From Trichoplax adhaerens (taxonomy: Eukaryota; Animalia; Placozoa): 64,000 nucleotides of DNA. The notes under the pieces are model-generated. The model made no database searches. It was not told the origin of the DNA and worked only from the letters and a program-made list of their open reading frames with translations. A program made the translations under genes and the position numbers. Where the stretch lies: NCBI RefSeq assembly GCF_000150275.1, contig NW_002060952.1:1601927-1665926 (forward strand), written 5' to 3'. Below are positions 12,201 through 21,255 of the stretch, in pieces (position 1 is the stretch's first letter; each line of letters starts with the position of its first letter).

Positions 12201-15200
12201 TCTAGTGTGTAATTAGGCTGTTTCTTGACGATGTTGAGAACTATCTCGTTAAGATGACGAACCGTCTGTAATATTGATTTCTAATAAACAATATAGGAAG
12301 AGCACATTCTAAATGCCCCACTTTTTGGAATAATAATGGATCTAGTTGTATTAGAACTACCTACCTTCCAATGAGCTTTTACGAGGCGCGTGAACTGTGC
12401 GGTTATCACAGTTCGGATCTGCTTATACTATCATCAAAAAAATTGCAAGATTTTGTAGAAAATTTGATACTACTAGAAACACAAAATATGTCAGAAAGTA
12501 TCGATTTGGACGGTGCATCCTTTTGGCTTGGGCTATATAAAACCAATCAAACATTTCGCTGGTTACAGGACTCGAGTATACTACATCCAGTTACCAAATT
12601 AGGGATCAATAGTAGTAATAATCATCACCAGTGCGCTGCAATGAAATATGTTTCCTTTCAAAAGTCTTGGGTCTGGTATCCGGTAGATTGCATCGGTCAT
12701 AAAGCATATCCAATTTGTCGAAAGATTCTAACCAGTAAAGGTATACAAAATAAGGAATATATAAATAGTGCAGCATAAAACTACATTTCATTTGAATAGA
12801 AAGCGGCTTGTGAATCACCTCTTGGATAGTTTTGCATTATTAGGAAGTTAGTATTATCTTCATCAAAGTAAGTTAATTAGCCGCTGATTTCGATAGTAGC
12901 ACTCACAAAGAGTTTGTTATTCATAATGATTGATGCAAAGAATAGTTTTAATGCTGTTAGAAGGTTAGCAATATCTTCCTGAAAGCAAGTCGATTAGCCT
13001 CCGATTTCGATAGCTTTAATAGCTAAGTGTTGGTTATTCGGTACTGTAGCTAAGAGGTTAATACTGAATATCGTAGAACTTTATCGCTTACCAGGTGTTT
13101 AATAGATAAAATTATTACAAAAATAGATATTTTTAGAAATAAATTCTTTATTAGCATGTTAAGCTTACCAGTATTAATTCTACTATTCGGAAAGAGTGAT
13201 ATATAATACTTATTTGAAAATAGGCCAATTGCCCTTATACACGCGTATCGTAATCGTTAACAAGGAATAGCATGTATAGAAAATCAACTATAAATCTTCT
13301 TTTTAAGACTAGTTAAGACTACAATAACTTAATTATTTAGATGAAGTAAAATATTTAAAGTTGCAGAAATGCATATTGTTTAAGCATTGAATACTCCAGT
13401 AGCGTGTTAAAATTATAAGTATTAATTCTACTGATCGTATTGAGTGGTAGTAGTTATAGTATTAATAGAAAATCAACTATATATTTTCTATTCAAGATTA
13501 GGCCAGACTAGACTAGCTTTATCGCTTAGATAATGTTCAAAAATGGATATAATTTAAGAATTAAATTCTCCATGAGCAAGTAAAAATTATCAGTACTAAT
13601 CGGAGTGAGGAAAAATAGTTATTTGAAAATAGGCCCATTTAACCATCTACTAATCGACATATGAATAGAATGCATAGCATAAATTTACCGCACGTTATTT
13701 ATCCTTAGTATCACAATATACTATATCTCTTAAGCTGCAAAGTAACCCGTATGTTTCGACAGAATTTAACTTTAAGATAAACATGTTTGAATAAATTTAT
13801 TGACAGGAGCATCTACCACGATACAGCCAGCAGTAGCTACGACTACTAAATCAACTCTAGCTTCAACTTCGACACCAAATAGTATCATTCAAGATGATAA
13901 TTACGATCAAATTGTCGATGATTCTGGATTAAAATTAGCGGAAGGATTAAATTCTACAAATTCAAATACTGTCCAAGCAACGAAATATAACAAGACCTTA
14001 GGTAAAGATCTCTAAATTAAATAAAGTAATTTAAAATCTTACAGACAGTAATATAATTACATTAGCCTCGATATCAATTGCTTAATTTATCTATGGTTAA
14101 TTTATTTGCAACATTTACACTGATGTCTCCAAGGTGTTCTGTGTTTCTTAAAATTTCATAGATTTCCAGAAAAATATATAAAGTTGCTGTTTTGTTTTCT
14201 GATAGTCTGTATAAATTTTTATGAGTTTGTTTTGAAAATTTTGGTTAATTATTAATTATACTTGTTAATATGTCAGATAGCAATCAGCAGAACCTTAATT
14301 TAATTGTTAGAGTCACAAACTGAAATTAACCGTAGGAAGATTAGTAGCAGACGATTTTGAGTTCAAATTACTAGCTCTTTTATAAACAGAGAATTTAAAT
14401 TGGTTTCTTCTTCATAAATATTTGTTCACTTCAAATTTCCAATCAGATATTTTTCTATTCTAGACGTTCATTATTTTGTAATGAGTGGAATTAGGATAAA
14501 CTTCAAAAAGGATATCGATGTTGACGTAGAAGATAGATTAGCTACCGTACAGTTCAAAGGGCCAGAATACCCACAAAAGATTGAGATTCCACCATCCGTA
14601 GTGCCAACTGATTTTAGTGGTAGGCAATTAGAATCCATTGAAGTAGGACAAGTCTAAAGATGAAGTTATTAAATCTGCACTTTACAGCCATTTAATGTCG
14701 AATATTTTATGTATATTACCTAAAATTATTTTAGGGAGGTTTCATATGGCTGTAGGAGTTTATAAAACGACACCCAATCAATACAAAAGCAGGTGTAGTA
14801 AATAACAAATTGAGGTTGAATACCAATAGTGATTAAGTCTACCTCTAGAACATAATATATAAAATTTGAATATTTTGAGAATTAATTTCTGTGCAATTTA
14901 GCGAAGTTATAATTTAGCCGTTCATGAGAAGAGCATAAGATCGGTAGAAAATTAGCTTGCATTTTAGTTCTTTGTTTATGCTATCAAAACTGTATCGAAT
15001 AAGGCCTTATATATAGCTAGTTTGAGCATAGACGTAATCAAACCTGTATCATCTCTCTAAAATCTATTGATGCTTTTAAAACAATTACCAAGCTGTTTTA
15101 TAAAGAGCAATAAATGTTTAATATCAAAGTAATATGGCATTTTTTTTTCTTATTTCATATTTTGAATAAGAAACCTTCCTAAAAAAATGCCTTTTTACTC

Positions 15201-18200
15201 ATATAGTAGTATGAATGTGATTTCAGTCGAATATTTTGCTAGCTTAAGCGTTTTAGTTGTTTAATAAAAGAATTATTTTTTTAGCTCATCGATACCATTA
15301 AAGTTTGCTATTTCGTGCAGTATTAAACCTATGGTCGAAGGAAGATTAAGTAATCCTGTCGTAATTTATTTTAGAATCGAACAGGTAGCACGACAATTAA
15401 CAAGATAGTAAAGTAGAATCTCGTATAATAATTAATTATTAGCAAGCAATATGGAAGATTGAAATGTAAGGAATTTATCGCTTATTCTAAGATAATTTTT
15501 ATTTTTTGAAACTAGGATAGTAATGTAAAAGCTCTTTGCGTCTACTGGAAAAGAACGTATGAGAAGTTTAAAAAATAACCACTATCTTTGAAAAATAGCC
15601 ATGACCACTAGTATACAGTATAATTTATACCATAATTGAAATTTATTAAGTGAATTTTACAACCTTAATCTTGGAAATAGTGTTCATAATTGGGCATCGG
15701 ATGATTTATTTACGGAAAGGATCAATAGCACTGTCGTAAAATGTATCTCCTATCATTTAACAAGCTTCTCGGTCTTGCTTCAATATAGTAATAACACGGT
15801 ATGGATATTTAAATTTCAACACGGATCAAGAATTGATTGATAACTTATTCCTAACCCCTAGTTCTTTTCTCTAACTAATATTTGTAAAATAGATTCCTGC
15901 AGTTCATAAGCGAATATTAAGTATCTTAACCTACATTGGATTGTCAATTTCTTTGATGTGCCTGCTATTTACATTTATAACCTTTACGGCTATCAGGTAA
16001 ATCTCGCTAATTTGAGATTAGTAAACTCCATTATGTAGTTATATCGGCCTGATCCCGGCAATTTGGAAGTAAACATTTAGTGATAAGACAAAGGCAAGAT
16101 CATTTCTTAGCTACAACTTATATTATCATTTCTTGGGGTGTCATATTTGCAAGCTATGTCAAGTTAATATTCTTCGCGATAAATTACAAAATAAGTAACC
16201 CTGACGTAGGTAGATTACTTGTTAATATCTGATCGGTAGTTGCGGTCAAATAATATTAATAGACGATTAGAAAGCGCTAAAATAAATTATCACTACTAAT
16301 TTTAATATACACTTGTACGTATAGACGATTTCATAGCATCCGTGGTATGGTACATGCTAATTTAGCGGTATCGATGATCATTTCTACGTGCATATTTTTA
16401 TTTGGAATTGAAAAGACGCACAACGAGGTAAGTTGGCAAGTGGTTGAAAATAAGCTAAATATAAGCTATTGCTAGTAAAAATTAATTTGGAGGAAAGCTT
16501 TATTACAGCAATAAAAGTCTATTTCGAAATAATTGAGGTTCATTAGAGTCTTAAAATCCGATGCTATTCAGAAAAAGTAATAGAAAATACTTTCTAATTT
16601 AACCTTTGGAAATATATTAAATTTCTTTTAGGGAACTAATGAATATTGAGTTTAGTTCAGCTCGTGAATAGCGATTTAATTTTAAAATTAAATTTAGTTT
16701 CCTTCACAAATCCCACTTGTGATTTGGTTATCTCATGTGCTATAGTAATTGTGTAAGGCTTCCACTGACTTGGGAGTCTTCTACTTAGGGAAAACTAACT
16801 CTTTCCACACAGTCACACACAACTACTCAGGTTTCTTTCAAGCCACTAGTACTTTTTATTCGGCCATCCGATTTCTAGTCTCTACTAGTTTGTCCTAGCC
16901 CGGAGCAACTACTACTAGCGAATGGCAATTCGCTCGGTCTTTTATACCATCCCCACTCATTTGTGGGGCATACTAGTAAATTGCTCCTTCTACAAATTGT
17001 ATATGTTACTATGGGAGTTACTCCCAGACAATTAACATAACTTAGTATGAGCTTCATGGTTGTCTACCAAAATGGTAAGCAACCGGGTTAATCAATTATT
17101 ATTGCCTAATTTATAATTTACAAAGCTACACTTCGTAACAGTTTCCAATGATTACTATCACTTCTTTTTAAGTTAGCATGGTCAACATTGCATATACGTT
17201 ACAAGACCATAACCAATAATTCTTGTTTAAGATTTTCGATCTTCATTGCTATTTATGATCTAGGGGCTATGTCAAGCCATCGCTTTTATGCTGCATTTTT
17301 CATTTCTGGCTTCCTTTTCCTGGATGTTGGTAGAAGGTATTGTTACTTTTAAGATGTCTTATTTCTGGCCAGAGAAAATTTCTTCTGCGATCTTGTATCT
17401 TGTTGTTGGATGGGGTAAGGGCAATAGTAAAGTCATAAATACTAACATATTAGGTTTTCGATTTGATGATTAACATAATTTGGACAATTTAGGCACACCA
17501 TTAGTCACTGTTCTTGCTGCCTTCCTTTCCAATCAAGGATTATACGGCACAGCGGACTAGTATGTACTCCTAAAGTATTACTAGATAATTGACGTAGCTT
17601 TAAAAGAAAATTGATCTGGAAATAAATTGATAATTATTTACGTATACTATTACTACAGTATATCTATTAGCTAATCTTATACTGCTAGAAACTCTAAAGC
17701 TGCTTTATTAATGTAGTTGTAGGATATTTTACCTATAATTTGAATAAAACTTGATGCTACTCTGATCTTTGTTTATTTGTAGTTGTTGGATTAAGCCCGG
17801 TAACTTTTTACTTTTGGCTTTCGGCATTCCAGTTATGATTATCATAGCTGTAAGGATAAAATGAATGATTTCACTAACTTGAAGCTGAAATGCAAGTATT
17901 ACATCGCAGTATTATAAACTGACTTATTTCATTTCCTTACAGATCAATCTTATTCTTATGGCACGAATTACTAAAACCTTAATAGGAATTCGTGCTGTTG
18001 CTAATAAAAGCAGCTTACAAAAAGTCAAGTAAGTTTCAAGTGGAAAGCTGTAAAGGAAAAATTACTATTCTATCTGATTATAAGTCCATAAGGAATGATA
18101 GCCGTTTCCTTATTTCAAGATATAATTTGATCATTTTATTCTGTAATTATATATATAGTTATCCACTCTTTGCTAATATTTCATCTTGTATCTTGATGTC

Positions 18201-18926
18201 TAGGGTCTCCCTTCGTGCTGCTGTTGCTTTACTGCCGTTGCTTGGAGTTACATGGGCATTTGGTTTCATATCAGCTAACAATTCTACGGTTACATTTTCT
18301 TACCTTTTTGTTATATTTAATTCACTACAGGTAAGCTAACAATCTTAAAGGCATGGAAATATTATATCCAAATAATCAGGTGTTTTACTCTATCTATTTT
18401 ATGGAATCAATGCAATCTTGGAAGGGGACATTCGTTTTTTACTTTCATTGCTATAACTATAAAGATGTAAGCTTAAAGAGCATATTGTTACTTTAATTTT
18501 GTTGCTAAGAGAAATTTTGACTTAAAAATAAAGGTTTAACTACTGATATTTTTGTGAGTTAACTTTTGAGATTTGATTTATCATCCTTAGGTCAAGAAAT
18601 ATTATATGAATTGCTTTGCAAAAGGTCGAAATGTTATTTCTTCCATGAAAAATTCCGATACTGGAGGACTGGGTGCAGCTTCCAAGGTAAGGATTTAAAT
18701 TGATACATTTATAAAAATAAAGCTCTGTACGCGTATATTCCTTAAGCTGATATAAATTAATTTGAGTATATGTTACACTACGTATTTACATAATCAGGCT
18801 ACTCGTACAATAGCCTTCATAACGTCAGTATCTGAAATTAAAAAAGTCACTATCAATTATATTCTACTTAAGCTTCGGAAACCTGCCTGGTCGAATGATA
18901 TCAACTCAAAATCAAATAAGAAGTAA
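6277..18926 (+). CDS. Gene A: adhesion GPCR (class B2) with 5 C-type lectin domains, GAIN/GPS and 7TM; ~1259 aa, 26 exons
   Basis: Hand-spliced GT-AG exons: 6277-6279 (ATG, tentative), 6429-6510, 7322-7726, 9524-9928, 10054-10422, 10580-10611, 10926-10980, 11075-11446, 12039-12086, 12297-12740, 13807-14001, 14464-14619, 14735-14792, 15285-15384, 15516-15556, 15681-15798, 15893-15996, 16325-16427, 17264-17414, 17493-17559, 17783-17849, 17943-18028, 18204-18330, 18425-18466, 18591-18686, 18873-18926. Total 3780 nt with consistent phases. Motifs: WIGL-type CTLDs, GPS KCISYHL|TSFSVLL, HANLA, LHFSFLASFSWMLVEG, GWGTP, LLPLLGVTW, NSLQGTFVFYFHC. Confidence 0.9.
6429..6510 (+). CDS. Gene A signal-peptide exon (NLCLVWIFLRSLICVSAVAIVGKNEKF)
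   Basis: ttttttag acceptor and gtaag donor; 82 nt, the same length as the equivalent exons at 33450-33531 and 48443-48524; hydrophobic core. Confidence 0.7.
7322..7726 (+). CDS. Gene A CTLD1 exon (absent from the ORF track because it has no start codon)
   Basis: DSWFTHNFKRYFISS...AVNYCKNNYNGSL...LYWIGLVD...KLCAGV...NWTNLRCCDHYRFICQL; phase 1-1; homologous to 32506-32916 and 52076-52486. Confidence 0.92.
8375..9145 (+). repeat. Three degenerate tandem units of ~260 bp in a gene A intron (CTLD1-CTLD2)
   Basis: Recurrent CTATTCAT(G/T)TCTC at ~8385/8637/8898 and ATTCTC..ACAATCTT.ATCTTAG at ~8495/8758/9015. Confidence 0.85.
9524..9928 (+). CDS. Gene A CTLD2 exon
   Basis: CNPPSMRYNKTC...YCEAVGKRL...MWIGL...NWEKFRP...GKCV...WNNRRCTSFYPFLCEQ; ag/gt boundaries. 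Confidence 0.93.
10054..10422 (+). CDS. Gene A CTLD3 exon
   Basis: CPVGWWQLGEKCY...VWIAL...LCMVV...WQLQNC...LCEK; 369 nt in all three paralogues. Confidence 0.93.
11075..11446 (+). CDS. Gene A CTLD4 exon
   Basis: CPYGWLVYNKRCY...VWIGL...WAKNQPS...DCV...WYTRDCNRSFSFICQR. Confidence 0.93.
11490..11820 (+). repeat. About four degenerate tandem units of 80-100 bp in a gene A intron
   Basis: Recurrent AAGAATTTAAAAT...TTGATTGG...TAAGTTAG. Confidence 0.75.
12297..12740 (+). CDS. Gene A CTLD5 exon
   Basis: CPTFWNNNGSSC...FYEARELC...FWLGL...QCAAM...WYPVDC...PICRK. Confidence 0.92.
13165..13645 (+). repeat. Degenerate internal repeats in the gene A CTLD5-stalk intron
   Basis: AGTATTAATTCTACT (~13170, ~13418), TAGAAAATCAACTATA (~13277, ~13466), TATTTGAAAATAGGCC (~13211, ~13620). 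Confidence 0.65.
13807..15798 (+). CDS. Gene A S/T-rich stalk plus GAIN/GPS exons (6 exons)
   Basis: S/T-rich segment, helix QIVDDSGLKLAEGL, beta-rich exons, then LCVYW...WASD...VKCISYHL|TSFSVLLQ (His codon 15754, Thr codon 15760). Confidence 0.88.
15893..18926 (+). CDS. Gene A 7TM and C-tail exons (10 exons), ADGRD1/GPR133-like
   Basis: TM1 ILTYIGLSISLMCL, TM2 VHANLA, TM3 LCQAIAFMLHFSFLASFSWMLVEG, TM4 GWGTP, ECL2 CW, TM5 FGIP..IN, TM6 LLPLLGVTW, TM7 NSLQGTFVFYFHC; stop TAA at 18924-18926. Confidence 0.92.
16704..16782 (+). mobile_element. Dispersed repeat fragment (family 1) in the gene A TM2-TM3 intron; sister copy at 44163-44244
   Basis: CCCACTTGTGATTTGGTTA...GTGCTAT.G.AATTGTGTAAGGCTTCCACTGACTTGG.AGTCTTCT is shared with 44163-44244; this intron is much longer than in the paralogues. 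Confidence 0.75.
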
Positions 18927-19547
18927 TACTGATATTCAGTAAGGTCAAAATATAAACTTTCTATATACTTAATTAAGTACGGTAGAGTTTATTTTATTTT
19001 AGACAGATTACTTCAATCATAGTTTCTCCTTTCAATTTCCGCTATTAGTGATGGCAGTATTGTCATGATATTCTGTACGCTGCAATGTTTTTCAACTTTG
19101 ACGCTTTATTTCCTGAAAAACTAAAAGAGGGAAACGTATTTCTGCCATTTCATTCTAGTTAATTTTATGACTTCAATATTAAGAGCTGTGATTCTTATTT
19201 CAGCAAGCATTAAGCAAATTAATTTGTGTTATAGAGCAACAATTCGAATATGATAGCATAATATGAAATAAATAAATTGGCTTATATGATAGTTGAAGTG
19301 AGGTAAAGTCTCAACTATCAATTATATAGCTATATATGTAATTGAATTAGTAATCTTTGAACACCTCAAGCATCGTTTCAACGGTAACTATACTTGCATT
19401 ATCTTAGATATGTATGTTAGTAAATCATAAACTGATATATTTACCTCCATGTTACACTGTATGAAAGTATAAATATTTAAAATAAATAGTTAAAGCGATA
19501 ATTTAGTAACCGATGATATTCAATTACTAACAAAGCACTGCCACGAG

Positions 19548-19990
19548 TGTAACGTAACATAGTAATAAAGTTGTAGACTATTAGCCATGTTTATGATCGT
19601 GTACGATAGCAAAACTTTCTATATTTATCTTAAGATATTTGCAGTAGCTTATACGTAAACTGTAGTGGATGATTCTATGTTAGAGTAAAAAAGACTATAT
19701 TTAGAAGGGTGTTGAGTTACTATTAAAGATAGAGATAAAAATAGATCTATAATTTATAATTATTAGAATATGTTTACTTTATCGTGCTGTTACTATATGA
19801 CTGATAGGAATAATGTCTAGGTAAATACTGTAGTCATGTCCACATTGAATTAGTGACGGTCTGCTGTAAAATGTTGTTAGTAATTATAATTTGAATTATG
19901 TAAAATATAGTAGAATGTTGCCATGTTGATTTTTGCTACGAATGCTACGAAAGGCATATAATCTAGCAATTTAAATTATTCTAGTAGCTC
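19548..19990 (+). mobile_element. LTR-like dispersed repeat (family 2), 5' portion; homologous to 62221-62648
   Basis: Starts TGTAACGTAAC; co-linear blocks TTGTAGACT.TTAGCCATGT, ACTGTAGTGG, GAGTTACTA, GTTGCCATG, CTACG.AAG are shared with 62221-62648. Confidence 0.75.
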
Positions 19991-20845
19991 TTTCCATGAT
20001 AGATTAAAAGCAACAACCATCTCGCTTGAATAAAAAAATATCGTATACTATCACAATAGAACTTGAATAGAACATTAGAATATTGTAATAGGATTGTCAC
20101 AAAACAGCTTTGCAACAAGATAACGTAATGTACGATCAATAAATCAATTCCTTGAACCACTTATCAAGGAATGATATCTGCACTATCACAAACACTTTTG
20201 CTCTACTAGCAGACTACACAAAGACTTAAACGCCTCGTATTTTACGTTAAACACTAAGTTTGAGAATCCTCTTTATTGCACGATATACTGCATTTATATA
20301 CTATTCCTCAATAGTTCATGAGTCATAGTTAGTACGATTAAGTTTGGAATCATTTACTGAATTAGATATTAATCATAGCTACTGCTCCCTTAATGCAGAC
20401 AACAGTATTTACGAACATAGACATCTGATGACTAATACAGAATAGTCAGATTACGATATGTCCTATCACGGAACATTTCCACGATAATTTACAATCTATC
20501 ATAAGTAAGTTACAATCACAATGATTCGAACTGTAAGTAGATGATTTTCATTCTTCATTATAGCTATTAATTTAGTATGTGTATATGTGTCTCTGTCATA
20601 AAAAGTCAATGCTATATTAAAATACAGTATATCCAAATTAGAAGTTAACTAAATAAGGATAGGCTAACAGAATTATCCTAACATAGATATTTCTACTGTA
20701 ATACAGTATATAACACCGTCACAAGGATGAATGCGAAATATCTTAAAATGATGCTAAAATAGAAACCATAACATAGATATCTATCTCCATATTACACCGT
20801 ATGAAAGTATAAATATCTCAAATAAACAATGTAACGATAATTTAG

Positions 20846-21255
20846 TGTTACATCTTTGCAATAGCGTATCCCAACTATCATGGGGATTCCTAAGGTACTC
20901 CAGCTATACTGCTAAAAGACACACACGTATGATGATTATATTAATACAATTTACCTTTATTTAACGTTGCCGATTCTCGATTCCAATACTTCTAATCTTC
21001 CAACTTATACACTTATGATTTGTAACTCATCTACCGATCGACTCACTTAAACCTAACGTTACATGTATTATATACTGCACTTAGTGTACAGTAGTACAAG
21101 TCTTAATCCTGTATCGATCAGGATCGTTGTAGTTGCAATACGTGATATTGTACTACTCGAATGTCCACCTAGCTTACTATCCATCTAGTAAAGCAGATAC
21201 AAGTACATTCACTCACTTTTCAGTGTGTAATACGTTTATTATAACAATCACAACA
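20846..21255. mobile_element. 410-bp solo-LTR-like insertion with TGTT...AACA termini and a 5-bp TSD (TTTAG/TTTAA)
   Basis: Interrupts a local duplicate whose empty-site version is at 19496-19525 (ATAATTTAG|TAACCGATGATATTCAATTACTA). Confidence 0.75.

Noticed and set aside
9550-12778. Reading the CTLD ORFs as separate single-exon secreted lectin genes
   Set aside because: Each has ag/gt boundaries in compatible phase and no signal peptide of its own; ORF starts and stops fall in introns or mid-domain, and the order is repeated in three genes ending in GPS-7TM.
18798-18872. Upstream in-frame acceptor that would add 25 aa to the last exon of gene A
   Set aside because: The frame is open, but the paralogous last exons begin just before the AWS motif, which favours 18873; unresolved without RNA data.
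13807-18926. Polycystin-1/PKD1L or REJ-type protein (also CTLD + GPS)
   Set aside because: No PLAT/LH2 domain after TM1 and no REJ or PKD repeats; the membrane region has class B2 7TM motifs.
20146-20172. Short perfect or near-perfect hairpins (also ~3475-3499 and ~7927-7967)
   Set aside because: Stems of 9-10 bp are expected by chance in 64 kb of AT-rich DNA; no tRNA or other ncRNA fold was evident.
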